This document shows, in pieces, positions 1 through 12,000 of a stretch of 64,000 nucleotides of DNA. Each line of letters begins with the position of its first letter. The stretch's first letter is position 1. Under the pieces are notes generated by a model, which saw nothing but the letters and a program-made list of their open reading frames with translations, was not told the origin of the DNA and made no database searches. The position numbers and the translations under genes are program-made. The stretch is from Octopus sinensis (Eukaryota), in the NCBI RefSeq assembly GCF_006345805.1, contig NC_043005.1, forward strand, positions 22,134,001-22,198,000, written 5' to 3'.

Positions 1-1239
1 ATACACTCTGCCTGTTATAAGGCGTGAAAAGATTTTAGTCAGTTCCTGACAAGTCCTGAAAGAAACAAGATGCATTATCTCTTTGTTGTCAGAATTCACC
101 TCCACTACGTGGAAAATATGTCTAATGGAAGAACACTCTAAATCTTAACAGTTTATGGACTAGTGGAATGTTATCATGTCTCACATTCTTTACATCTTGT
201 ACCACATTTATATATTATGTAGTATCGTGGTGTTACGACTTTTAATATGATGCATACATATTTGTCTGGATTTGTAATTCTATAACCAGGAGCTCAAAAT
301 TTTTCTTGTGTTCATCTGAGAATCTGTTATGCCATATTTCAGAATGCTATCGCTAATTCCTCCTGTAATAAATAATTTTCATTTTGTTAAACCTTCAGAG
401 AATTGTCTATTATTTTTAGCACATGTCCACTAAAAATTGGTGACCTCAATATGGACTAAATATGAGTGACCCCAACATAGACTTAAAATTTGGCAGCCTG
501 AGCTAAAAGAATTGCAGTCTCTTCGCTTGCATCTGAACTAAAAATTTAGTGATTCAAATGAACTTCTAGAATTCGTCTTTTTTGTCTTGCATTCGCAATT
601 GATAGAATATACATCCTTTTCCATGAAAATACTTGTTCTTCCAAATAATAACCTTTCAAAGTATTTTTATCTCACCATGTCAACTGTCAACCTTTTATGT
701 CACTGAATACAGCTTCATCTTTTTTGTTGCTTTTTACCGCACATTTGCCATTCTGAGCATTCATTTGCACTGGATGTGTGCTCAAAATACCAAGGGTCCT
801 TTATTACATTTGCCTGTCTAGAATTTACCACATGGCCAGACTTCAACAACCATGCACACCAACAGCAACACCATTAATGTCATCACTACCTCAACCTTCA
901 TACCAGACTACAGCCCCAGTACCTTGAACCTTGTAAACATCCTCCAGTTGGGGTCATATCAATGTTGTCTTTGTTTTGACATTGTGCAGTAGTAATTGCA
1001 AACAAGCATGATTATCATACAGTATCCTTCATTTTCCAATCTTCTGTGAAAGCATGTCTGGCCATAGAGAAATATTGCTTTATTTGGAAACAGGTGAAAA
1101 TTGGCAACAAGAAAAGCATTGGACTGTAGAAAATATACCTCAAAAATTTTGTCTGGCCTGTGCAAGCATGAAAAAAGATATTAAAGTGATGATCTCATGC
1201 ACACACATACACATGCTGTATATTTGGTCTCTATTTCAG

Positions 1240-1388
1240 ATTGCTGATCGGCTGAGAGAACGTTTTGATAATTACATAAAAGTTTTAGGAACAAACAAGA
1301 TTACAGTGGAACATTTATACAAATTTCATGTGAAGCAACCTGTTACTCGTAAACTTAACTGCTGTAACCTGCCATTTAATGAACTAAT
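1240..1388 (+). CDS. CACHD1: CACHD1 coding exon 1 in window (IADRLRERFDNYIKV...NCCNLPFNEL)
   Basis: tttcag acceptor, gtgagt donor, phase 0 to 2; aligns with the N-terminal helix/CC motif of CACHD1. Confidence 0.88.
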
Positions 1389-1731
1389 GTGAGTATCTCT
1401 TTTTTTCATTAATATCTTATTAAAATGTTTCAAAACAATATAAGTACTCATGTGGGACAGAAAAAAAGCGGTTCCTCTGGCAGTTTTTTATTACTCACTT
1501 TGTTCTGTCTCAATTATGTTGCTAATCTCTTACAAAATTTATATTAAAACCTTAACTACTGCTTTGTAATAATGGGTAATTTGTGGTTAAAGTGATGATA
1601 TATGTTTATACTAGAAACCTGTTATGTTGTTTATCCTTTACACCATTTCAATAAATAGTTGTTCAAGTCTGTCCTTTACTAGCTCATCACTAAGCACAAA
1701 GATGTTCATGTAACTATGTATGTATGCATGA

Positions 1732-1774
1732 ACAGGGTGACCATGATGTCTGGATACATAGGAAATATCACTAA
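1732..1774 (+). mobile_element. Putative 5' terminal inverted repeat of a Tc1/mariner element
   Basis: CAGGGTGACC start typical of mariner TIRs; loosely matches the reverse complement of ~4885-4905. Confidence 0.4.
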
Positions 1775-2839
1775 CAAGCAGTATAGCTCGGCATTGCCCG
1801 GGATTAAGTTAGGATTATTAAGCTTTGTTTCAAACAAAACTAAGTAACACCGACGTCAGGTTTGAACGAAATCCGTTGAAATTAGTAAACGTTTGGCTGA
1901 AAATGGGTTGCAGACAATTTGATTGGTAAATCCTATAAGGAATTGGCTTATCAATTTTTCCACTCATCATTTCTCTCTCTCTCTTTTTTTTTTTTTGGTT
2001 TTGAGAACTGAAAGCATTCAAAGATCCCATGAATCCTAAGTAATGCTGGCATCAAGTTTGAACAAAATACATCAAAATTAGTAAAAGTTATGGTTGAAAA
2101 TAGGTTGCAGCCAATTTTAGTGGAAAACCCTATAAGGAATCGGTTTATCGATTTTTCATCCTGATTGAATGGAAAACTCCGTAAGGAATCAGTTTATTGA
2201 TTTTTCACCATAAATAGGACTTAGCTGAACACAACATTGCTGATTCAAAAATCTATATTTATACTTTAAAGTTGGTTTTCACACCCAACACAGTTCTACA
2301 GTGTTGCGACGGGAAAGCATGGGTTGGGAGTTTGACCAGCAGAGGTGATCAGGTTGCATATGCCGGCCCTTTCGGAGCTCCCTCCACCCCATCATCTAAA
2401 CCCACTTGGCCCATGGGTTGGGAGCCCTTCAAGCAAGGAAAATAGAATGCCCAAAAGGGCTCCTGATCCTCTAAAAATCAGTATCTAATCCTGATCTAGT
2501 CCTAACCTCTCCTAGGGGTACTATTGGTCAAGACTGCATCATAGATCTGCATTGGAGACGGTTGCATTGAAGGTGTGCATATATATATTCTAATCCTTGT
2601 TTCCACACTGAAAATGTGCAGAGAACATCTTCTGTCACATTCCAGGAAGAAAAATTAGTAGTAGTTGATAGCTTACATTACCTAGGGACCAAGTCAGTAG
2701 CAGGGGTGGATGCTCTGAAAGTGTAGCTGCTAGAATAAGAATAGCCTGGGTAAAGTTCAGAGAGCTCCTACCTCTGCTGGTGACAAAGGGCCTCTTGCTC
2801 AGAGTAAAAGGTAGACTGTATGACGCATGTATATGAACA

Positions 2840-3230
2840 GCCATGCTACATAGCAGTCAAACATGGGCTGTGACTGCTGAGGACATGCGTAAGCTTGCAA
2901 AGAATGAAGCCAGTATGCTCTGCTGGATGTGTAATGTCAGTATGCATACACGATAGAGTGTAAACACCCTGAGAGAAAAGTTGGATTTAAGAAGCATCAG
3001 ATGTGGTGTGCAAGAGAGACGACTGCGCTGGTATGGTCACGTGTTACGAATGAATGAGTACAGCTGTGTCAAAAAGTGTCACATCCTAGCAGTTGAGGGA
3101 ACCTGTGGAAGAGGTAAACCCAGGAAAACCTGGGATGAGTTAGTGAAGCACGCCCTTCGAACATTGGGCCTTACCGAGGCAATGACTAATGACAGACCTT
3201 TAGAGATATGCTGTGCTTGAGAAGACCTGA
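2840..3230 (+). mobile_element. RTE-clade LINE 3' fragment
   Basis: Translates RRLRWYGHVLRM...VEGTCGRGKPRKTW, typical RTE C-terminus. Confidence 0.85.
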
Positions 3231-3239
3231 GAAGCCAAG

Positions 3240-3801
3240 TGGGACCATGGCCTATGCCAGTGGGTGTAACCAACCCACTTACGAATACCCCTCATTCATT
3301 GGACAGTGAACTTTACTTGTGAAGACCTATTGAGGCAAATATAAACAAATCAAAATCTCTAATGTGGCCGATAACAGTACCACCTAATTGGCACTCGTGC
3401 AGGTGGATCGTTAAAAGCGCATCCAAGCATGATCGTTGCCAGGACCACAGTGGCACATGGAAAGCACCATTCAAGTGTGATTGTTGGCAGCAGCGTCTTA
3501 CCGGCGCATGTGAAAAACAACATCCGAGCATGGTCGTTGCCAGTGCTGCCGGACTGGCTCCCGTGCAGGTAGCATGTAAAAAACACCTTTTGAGCGTGGC
3601 TGTTGCCAGAACCACCTGACTGACCCTCGTGCCAGTGGCATGTGAAAGCACCCACTACACTCTCCGGGTGCTTGGCATTAGGAAGGGCATCCAGCCGTAG
3701 AAACTTTGCCATGTCAGATTGAGCCTGGTGCAGCCTCTGGCTCACCAGTCCTCAGTCAAACCATCCAACCCATGCCAGCATGGAAAGCAGATATTAAACG
3801 A

Positions 3802-3805
<4 letters not shown>
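3240..3805 (+). mobile_element. Octopus-type SINE/RTE-tail repeat ending TTAAACGATGAT
   Basis: Shares AGGAAGGGCATCCAGC and CCATGCCAGCATGGAAAG blocks with many copies in the window. Confidence 0.75.
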
Positions 3806-3840
<35 letters not shown>

Positions 3841-3877
3841 CACATGCACAATATAAATGGCACATTCTCTACTATAT

Positions 3878-4011
3878 CATCATCATCGTTTAACGTCCGG
3901 GTTGGACGGTTCGACCGGGGTCTGGGAAGCCAGGGGCTGCACCAGGCTTCAGTCTGATCTGACAGTGTTTCTACAGCTGGATGCCCTTCCTAACGCCAAC
4001 CACTCCGTGAG
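3878..4011 (-). mobile_element. SINE/RTE-tail copy in opposite orientation
   Basis: CATCATCATCGTTTAACGTCC...CTGGATGCCCTTCCTAACGCCAACC. Confidence 0.8.
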
Positions 4012-4589
4012 TATATTTTAATAATGAACCATGTAATTTATACTCTGGACTATTTATTTCTTGTAAAATGTTGGGAGTGAGTACAATTTCTGAGGTTTCC
4101 ACCTCACACACCCAATTTTTACCCCCCCCCCCCCCCCCGGGTTTTGTTGCTTATTAGGAAGTCACAGGAATTTATTCAACGAAAAAAAATATTTCCAGTG
4201 AACCAAAATAAGGGATTTACAGCATATTAGGAGGTCAGGGTACTTAATTCCATGCATAAAATCCGAGTTATTTTTTTCTTAGTGAAAATTGTGCGGGTGT
4301 TAATCTAAAAATGTACCCTTAGTTTTTCTTTTGCGCCATTGCTAGACAGGGGACTTAACTCATGTTAGCAAACTTATGGATTTCACCGACGTGGAAACTG
4401 GTAAAAGTTATGGTTGAAAATCGATTTTTACCACTATCCGCGGGTGCCCATGAAAAGTATGTTGACAAAAACACAGCCATGGTCGTGACCAATGTCCTCC
4501 TAAAATTGGACCGACATGCATGATAATTTATGGACATGCATAAATTACATTCACACACACCCACACAACCTGCCTTTTATAGATATAGA

Positions 4590-4905
4590 TATTCTTGTGG
4601 AATGGGCTTCTTAATCACCAGAATTAGTCCCCTTGACTTCTTTTTCTGTGGTGTGCTGAAGGAGGTGTACTCACTGAAAATCGCAGATATAAATCATCTG
4701 AAAGAATGCATCAATAATGAATGTACTCAAATTGAAGGAGTTATTTTATTAGGTGCATGTGACTCTCACAAAGCACATTGAACTTTATATCACTAATGGG
4801 GAAAACTATGTTGAAAATGTTATTCAGTAACATAGTTGAATAAAATTGAAAATAGGCATTTGGATGACATGCAAATTTGTGACATGTTCCATATTTTCTG
4901 GTCCA
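4590..4905 (+). mobile_element. Degenerate Tc1/mariner transposase C-terminal fragment
   Basis: Translates SPLDFFFCGVLKEVYSLKIADINHLKECI, resembling SPDLxPLDFFLWGYLKxxVY. Confidence 0.7.
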
Positions 4906-5303
4906 AACCATGCCAGCATGGAAAGCAAAAACATTAACTAATGATAATATTCAGACTTTACAGCTACATTGTATGATGATTTTTTTTTTTTATGAAGCTG
5001 TAATTTTCATATTAGTTGGAATAATACATATGTATCAAATGAACATTCCTAAGCAATCACAGAAAAATACATTTCAGTGAGTTTTGACAAATATCTCTAG
5101 CCAATAAATGAGTTTGTATGGTTAGAATAGAGTACTCAATACAAGTGCACAATAAAATATATACTCTGGTATTGTCAGTGTATAGGTTAATACATTGTTA
5201 CTAATCTCTTAAGTGCACTGCTAGCTCTGTAGTACACGGTATTGACTTATTCTTCATTGTTTTACTCTCTTTTAATTAACTTTGCTTTGATGTTCTTTTG
5301 TAG

Positions 5304-5410
5304 ATCCCAGTCACAGTATCGTTGTAAAATTTCCACTCGGAATAGCTGTGACTTGCTACCACCTAATCTGCCACCAGGAGCTTTTAATCCTGGTCGTAAT
5401 CTGACTGATG
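5304..5410 (+). CDS. CACHD1: CACHD1 exon 2 (SQSQYRCKISTRNSCDLLPPNLPPGAFNPGRNLTD)
   Basis: ttttgtag acceptor, gtaagt donor, phase 2 to 1; SCD and AFNPGR motifs. Confidence 0.93.
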
Positions 5411-5638
5411 GTAAGTTGGTAAAGAAAAGCATCTGTGATGTGGTTTTTGTATTTGGTTCTAATTTATTCTGAGATAAAATGATTATTATTGGCTTAATAT
5501 TTTAATAAAATAACATTCTATCAAGCGTTCAGTAGTGTTGCAAAATTGTAGAATGCTTCTTTAAATATGCCTTATATTATCTTACTTCATCCATTTATGA
5601 TCTGAGTTCACATCTCATCTAAATCTTTCATCACTTTA

Positions 5639-6033
5639 TCTTTATATATAAAAGTGAAGTTGTGTGTCTGTCTCATACGATTTAGATTCCTAACTACTCC
5701 CACATTTTGCAGTGCAGTGTAACCAAAACTGGGTATCTTATAGTCGTGATTCATATCGAGCCCTTCTGGGTATTAGCGCACGTCTACGATGAGTCTACGA
5801 TTTAAAAAAAAATTTACCATCATTTTCCCCCATTTTTAATGCATTTTTTTGCTATTATATAAGGGAAGTAACTCTGTAAAAATGTATTATTAAATCTCAG
5901 AACGTAAAAAGCTACAGTAACACCCCCCTTTGTGGTTAGCCATATTGAGATGGCTATTATACTTTACATCTTTAAAAATGCTTATATAGTTATTTCCCTT
6001 ACAAACCCGAGCAATGCCGGGCAATACTGCTAG
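5639..6033 (+). mobile_element. Non-autonomous Helitron
   Basis: A|TC 5' end (TCTTTATATATAAAAG), 3' hairpin CCCG-agcaatgc-CGGG then CTAG|T, no TSD. Confidence 0.8.
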
Positions 6034-6386
6034 TACCCGATAAAATAAATATTTAATGCATATACTTGTATAGACACACCCCACTACAAGTTGCACCATG
6101 TCTCACAGCTGTTGTCTGTCACCTTACAACCATTGTTCCTCATCTCATAACTGTTGTACACCATTCCATCCTCATTGTATCTAACTTCATAGTTATTGCA
6201 TTCTCTCTCACAACAATTGTGCCTCACCTCATGGATGGTGTGTTTCTCAACTTTTGTGCTTCATTTCACAACTCTGTCTCACTTCATCAATAAATGTTGT
6301 ACAGTTGATTAAATGTCATAGCTAGGCTTGGAGATAAAGCTATTCTGAATATCATGGAACTTTGTAATTTTCTTTTGACATTTCAG

Positions 6387-6525
6387 TATGGCACAACAAT
6401 GTTCAGTACTTCCCGAGCCTCAAATGGCAATACTTCATCTCAGTTCAAGGCATTCATAATGAATATCCAGCTAACACTTTTGAATGGTCTGAAGATTGTT
6501 TAAATGTCCATGATATCAGACACAG
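6387..6525 (+). CDS. CACHD1: CACHD1 exon 3 (WHNNVQYFPSLKWQYFISVQGIHNEYPANTF...HDIRHR)
   Basis: tttcag / gtaagt, phase 1 to 2; KWQYF cache motif; absent from the ORF track. Confidence 0.93.
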
Positions 6526-6937
6526 GTAAGTGACAATTTTTGAAACAGTAAAAATATATAAAATAAATAAAAATACTTAGTGTTTCTGATTACCTTTAAT
6601 TATTTTTTCCTCACTCCCTTTTTGATTCATTAGCAATAGCAGTGAGTGTCATAGACCAAAGATAGAATCAAGGCTACAATATGGTCAAAGCCATTTCATT
6701 TATGTCCCTATTGCTCTCTTCTCACTTTACTGCCAGCAACTGAACAAGTAAGCGATGAAGGAAATGTAAAATACCAATAATAGACTCCTGAATGATTATT
6801 TCAAACATCATCATCACCTGGGACATCATTGAAGACTTCTGTGATGGTGAAGTCATCTCTCTTTATCTTACCACTTCCTCCCTCTGTGCTCTGCTACTCT
6901 CAGAAAGGCGTGAACTGAATTCTGCAAGCTAATAAAT

Positions 6938-7330
6938 CATCATCATCAGTTAACGCCTGCTTTCCATGCTGGCATGGTTAGACCATGTACTGGTTGTATC
7001 ATCATAATCATTTAAGATGCTCCTTCCATCCTGGTATAGATTGGATGGTTTGACAGGATGTCCACTGTCTGCTTTGACATGGTCTTTACAGCTGGGTGCC
7101 CTTGCTAATGCCACCCACTTTATAGAGTGTTCTGGGTGAATTTTATGTTGCACCAGCAGCATTGAGGTCACTAAGTAACATGCAACATAAGACTTATCAA
7201 CTGAATGGGGAATAATATTGATGGAGGTGTCTGTGTGCCAGGTGATGAAAAGTTTTATGAATAGATGACAGAAATAGGTGTCTTGCAGTAGAGGGCATAC
7301 ATGGTTCAGTTGTAGAGAAATCAAGTAAAA
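6938..7330 (-). mobile_element. Older SINE/RTE-tail repeat
   Basis: CATCATCATCAGTTAACGCC...CCATGCTGGCATGG, diverged from the 3878 type. Confidence 0.6.
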
Positions 7331-7906
7331 CAATAAGGAAGAGACTCACTGGAAATTGATCTGCAGTTTTATGTTATGATCCCCATCATGCAACAATGTA
7401 TGAGTCTCAGATAAGAAGAGGGAATCTTCACATACAACAATATATGATTGTTTAGAAAATAGGTGGGGATAGTATTATTATTTGTTTTAATGAAATTTGT
7501 TTGCTACTACTAACCCCTCATCAGTGAAGTAGGGAGTGGAACCTGCTTGATGAATTAGAGCAAGTGGAGTTAACTACCTTGCTCAAGGTCATAGCATAAC
7601 TAGTGTACATTTATTTAGTGGTTCTCTCTTCATTTTTTTCACTGATGAGATCATAAAAAGAAGAAATCTTTTCTGGAGTTGTCATCCATATTTGCTGAAA
7701 TAATTAAAATAATGTAACTCATTGTTATTTTTTCCCCACTCCATTATTTCTGGTTAGCTTTTTAATGTTCACTGCTTTAAATATGTTGACACTAATTTAA
7801 ACTGTTGTAGTTAGATATAAACAAATGACTAATTGAAGAGTGGTCCAGTACATAAACCTCACAGCCACTGCATCTCACAAGTGTTTTCTTTTTGTTTTAT
7901 TTTCAG

Positions 7907-8051
7907 AGATGTATTTGTATCTACGATCCGACCACAACGTAAACATTTAGTTATTGTAATGGATCATGGATTATCTTTAAGTCTGACTCAACTCAACACT
8001 GCTAAAGCTGTAGCAAAACATTTGTTGGAATCTCTGTCAGAAAATGACTAT
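7907..8051 (+). CDS. CACHD1: CACHD1 exon 4, start of VWA domain (DVFVSTIRPQRKHLVIVMDHGLS...SENDY)
   Basis: tttcag / gtaagc, phase 2 to 0; DxGxS MIDAS-position motif. Confidence 0.95.
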
Positions 8052-9532
8052 GTAAGCTTTCTCTTTTCACGATATCATTGCCCTTGGTAATAATGTAGTA
8101 GTTGTCTACTGCAGTAACAGTTATGTTTTGAATGCTTTCTACATTGAATAAGTTAATTAAGTATTCAATGCTTTCTACCTTAGATATATTAATTAGAGAT
8201 TAAATATTCTCTTTATTGAACATGCTAATTAGATATTCAATGCTCTTTACATTATATATTTTAATTAGGTATTTAATGCTCTCTTACATTAAACATGCTA
8301 GAACTAGGTTATAGTAAAATTCTACTTGTGTGTGCAGATGTTTGTGTACTTGCACATGAATACATGTTTGCTTTTCTGATTTGTGTGTGTATGTGCATCA
8401 CTATATATGTATGCATATGCGTATGTGTGCATTGTGATTGTAATGGAAATAAAACAGCCATAGTGATTAAAAAATCCCTTAGTTCTGACTCCAAATCTAA
8501 ACAGCATATCCTGTTGATTATTATAGTAGTTTATTTATGATATAAAATCCTGATGTGAATCATGGTTGTCCATGAAACCATTGTTTCTTCACAGGCCCCT
8601 CAGTGTTAGATTGATAAGCGACAAATCTCCCCTGAGATAGGACACTCGCCTTTCAAAAATTGCCTTTCCATGGAAAGGACTGAATTCAGCATTGTATGTT
8701 AGTGAATCATTTGTGAAGTCTACGCTGCACTGCTTACATGGTTGGGGCTATAACCCTGTGGTACCTGCTGTGTGTGTGTGTCTGCTAAATCCACTTGCAC
8801 TTTTTCTGATGTTTGTGTTGCACACCATCTAACAAGGGAGCTTTTATGCATTTGCTCAACTTGTTAGAAACAGCAACCATATTTTCAAACCCTACCAACT
8901 AGAACAGAAAAGGAGTATCTTTGATAACATAGTCTTGCATGTACTGTTTGAAAATAAGGGATAGTCATGGCAAGAATGTTTGATCACAGGTTTGTTCAGT
9001 CTGCCAGGTTGAAGCACAACAACCTGCCTACAACCAGTTGGACTTAGCCATTGAAAGTTAAGTATCTTGACCATTGATATCCAACTGCATTTGTGACAGA
9101 ATGTGGACTACTGTCATCTTAGTTGCTTGTCTTCTCTCTTATTATTTCAGCCATTCATACTTTCATTATATGTTTAGACTTGCAGTTCTCACCTATGGGC
9201 TGTAATACAATTTGTGAAGGGATGCAAAAAGACAAATTTGTTTTTAATTTTTAAAATGTTAAATGTTCATGACTATGTTATATAATATGCTTTAAGTATA
9301 TTGGATACAACTCATCATTTTCTGTAGACAAGAACTGAGGAATATTTCCTTTGTTTTGTCTGCAATGTCAAATGTTCAGTGCACACCATTGATTTTATTT
9401 TTGATATTTAAAAAGGTGGTGGTGGATAATTGATTTGCTGAAATGGGTTGTGTTTGTAGGAAAGGTTGGGAATCTTTGATTTCAATGGGCTTATATAAAA
9501 AATTAATTTTTTTGATAATTTCATGCCGACAG

Positions 9533-9668
9533 GTTGGAGTTATTGGATTAGCTGCTGAACCAACATACCCACGAGCTGATTCCTGTCTTCCACATACACT
9601 CGTACAAGCAACTTATGAGACAAGATTATATTTCAACAAATTTTTAGATGGCTTAAAGAAAGAAAATG
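9533..9668 (+). CDS. CACHD1: CACHD1 exon 5 (VGVIGLAAEPTYPRADSCLPHTLVQATYETR...KKEN)
   Basis: gacag / gttagt, phase 0 to 1. Confidence 0.9.
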
Positions 9669-10391
9669 GTTAGTAGAGAATATTTTTCCCTTAAATTATA
9701 TTTTATCTTTTTTTTTCCCTTCAGTTTGATGAAAATGTTGTATGATCCAGTTACTGATATGCTGTGTTGAATAGAGTATCAGTGACCAGGTTGTAGATAT
9801 GTGCTGAAAGGTTTTGATATTTGATGATATATTCTATTACGAAATAAAACAAAAGTGTATATAATTATATATGTATGTTTTAAATGGCTGACCTACACTT
9901 TCCTTTCTTCAATCCATAGTCCATATTCCCTCTTGTACTCACTTTCTGGTACCTTGTGAGTACTCTCCAGCATCCTTCCACCACCATCTTTATCTCAAAC
10001 CCATAAAAATTTTCTCAAATCAGTATATTAATTCCAAACAAGTCACAAAATACAGCAGCATGCTCTATTCACAAATTCAAAATTGAGGCATAAAAAAGTT
10101 TAATTTTTATCATCTCATTTAATAACTTCAATGTCTGAGAGGTGTTGTTGTTAATAAGAATATAATTTTTCAAGTTATTAATTTACATTTTTAAAAATGT
10201 AAATATTGTAAAAAGGATTTGTCAATTCTGAAGATGTGTTTATTGGTTTGAAATTTTATTTCTTAACACAAAGTATAGGTTTTGTTATTTATATAATTGA
10301 GAGATTGATTTTCCTTTCATCCTTCCTTACAAACACACACACACACTCTCTCTCTCAAGAACAATCATATTCTCTTCATGTTTCTCCCCAG

Positions 10392-10463
10392 CTGCAACCA
10401 ACCACTCCCTTGGATTTCAGTATGCTTTTGAAATGATAGAAAATTCTGGAGACTCTGTAATTG
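10392..10463 (+). CDS. CACHD1: CACHD1 exon 6 (ATNHSLGFQYAFEMIENSGDSVI)
   Basis: ctccccag / gtgagt, phase 1 to 1; matches the T-x-H-x-x-GF-x-x-AF VWA helix. Confidence 0.92.
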
Positions 10464-11461
10464 GTGAGTTAGATTTAATAGTCTCTGTTAACATGACTTG
10501 TATGTTTAGATTGTTAATTGTTATGTAGTGACTTTAAAGACACCAGTTGGTGTAAGTAGGAGAAGTGGGTGTGCTTATGCGGAGTGATTGAGAGCAGTTG
10601 ATTAAGAAGTGCTAGCAATCAAACATCCATGGCAGAGGATGACCAAGAATAACCTGAGAAGCAGTGAGATTGGATCTCAGGATGTTGGGCTCCATTGATA
10701 AGATGACACAAAATTGAGAAGTGATCTGTGGTCCTGGTCAACCCATGCTAGCATGAGTGGAACAAATGTTACTACTGATCAAGAAAGTCGAGTGACCTCA
10801 TTGTCATATGTTATGATAATGGCAGTATTAGTGGCATAGACTATCAACCACACATCTCCTTTCTCTTGCTGCTTCAATCCACATTAGCAATAAACTTAGT
10901 TCAGATTTAGTTGTGAAATAACAAAAAGTGATATTAACATTTTAATAAGTTGTTGCAAATTCATTCAAAAGATAGATTTCTTAAATATTTTTTTCTAGTC
11001 AAACTGATACATTTCTATTCAAATATTGCTAAAATGCAGTTTGCTGTTTTCTTCATTCAGAGACCAATAAAATAAGCACCAGTGATACATGTAATCAATT
11101 ATATCTCCTTCCAAAATTGTCAGTGGAACCATATAAAACAATATTCTAGAGTTATGAATTCTTTTTGTTGTTTTAGACAACTTTTCATTTTCATTGTCAC
11201 CTTTCTATTCTCACTTTTAAAAACAAAAATCATTAAGTTAAACCAGATTTCAATAAAAACCCAGAGTGGGATTATCTGGTGTCACTGTCTGGAATGTGGG
11301 ACAGGGAATTCCAAAGACCCAGTCTTTGACGATGCAACAGCGTTTATAGTATATGCGTTATTTTGGGTGTATAAGTTTGTCCATTGTTAAAAGATTATGT
11401 AATGAACCCATAAAACTAGTATTTAAAATAATGTTTTATTGATTTTCATTTTTGTTTTCAG

Positions 11462-11608
11462 ACAAAGAAGACAAAGTCATGATTATGTACATCAGTCGTG
11501 GCTTGTTATCAATTCTGACTGAAGCCCGAGATGTATTTGATACTATCTCTTACCATAACACCAAACTGAATTTCAAAGTTATTATCAATACATATGCTGT
11601 CATTGATG
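11462..11608 (+). CDS. CACHD1: CACHD1 exon 7 (KEDKVMIMYISRGLLS...IINTYAVID)
   Basis: ttttcag / gtaagg, phase 1 to 1. Confidence 0.93.
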
Positions 11609-11899
11609 GTAAGGGTCCAATTTTGTTGAAAGTCATGTAGATTAAGTAATATGTGTAGCCCATACTTCTGCTTTATTACTGTCATGCACTATCTTATTTT
11701 CATGTTATACCTTTAATTTACACCTCTATTTATATCCTGCCTCAATCCAGTTTTTTTTTTTTTTTTTAAACATCACATCTAGATTAAATTAAAATCTGAA
11801 GCTGAAAAGAAAGCATTTTTTTTTTAAGGATAAACTTAAATTGCTTAGTTGAAATTTTAAACCGGTTGTTGACTAATTTCCTTTCTATAATCAAAACAG

Positions 11900-12000
11900 A
11901 TACCATCCCAACAATGTATGAAAAGAGCTTCTTACAAGATGTTGCTGATCAAAATTTTGCCAAATATGATGTCCCATATGAGAACACAACAGCAATTTTG
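11900..12000 (+). CDS. CACHD1: CACHD1 exon 8 (TIPTMYEKSFLQDVADQNFAKYDVPYENTTAIL)
   Basis: aaacag acceptor with GACTAAT branch-like motif at 11871, gtaaag donor, phase 1 to 0. Confidence 0.9.

Larger units (their letters stand above)
1775..4589 (-). mobile_element. Non-autonomous Helitron-like element (possibly one copy carrying nested insertions, or two fragments)
   Basis: Minus strand starts TCTATATCTATAAAAGGCAG at 4589 and ends ccgggcaatgccgagctatactgCTTG at 1775; A|T flanks; ends resemble the copies at 5639 and 17405. Confidence 0.55.

Noticed and set aside
3313-3745. Overlapping 85-128 aa ORFs on both strands
   Set aside because: They lie inside the GC-rich SINE/RTE-tail repeat; the same peptide text (FLQLDALPNANH) recurs at each copy.
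7642-7670. CTGATGAG followed by GAAA, a possible hammerhead
   Set aside because: No stem II pairing and no stem I/III; likely chance. The same applies to CTGATGA matches near 7520, 15290, 41915, 50050 and 52615.
8663-8678. Perfect 16-bp palindrome CCTTTCCATGGAAAGG
   Set aside because: About one such palindrome is expected by chance in 64 kb; no supporting context.
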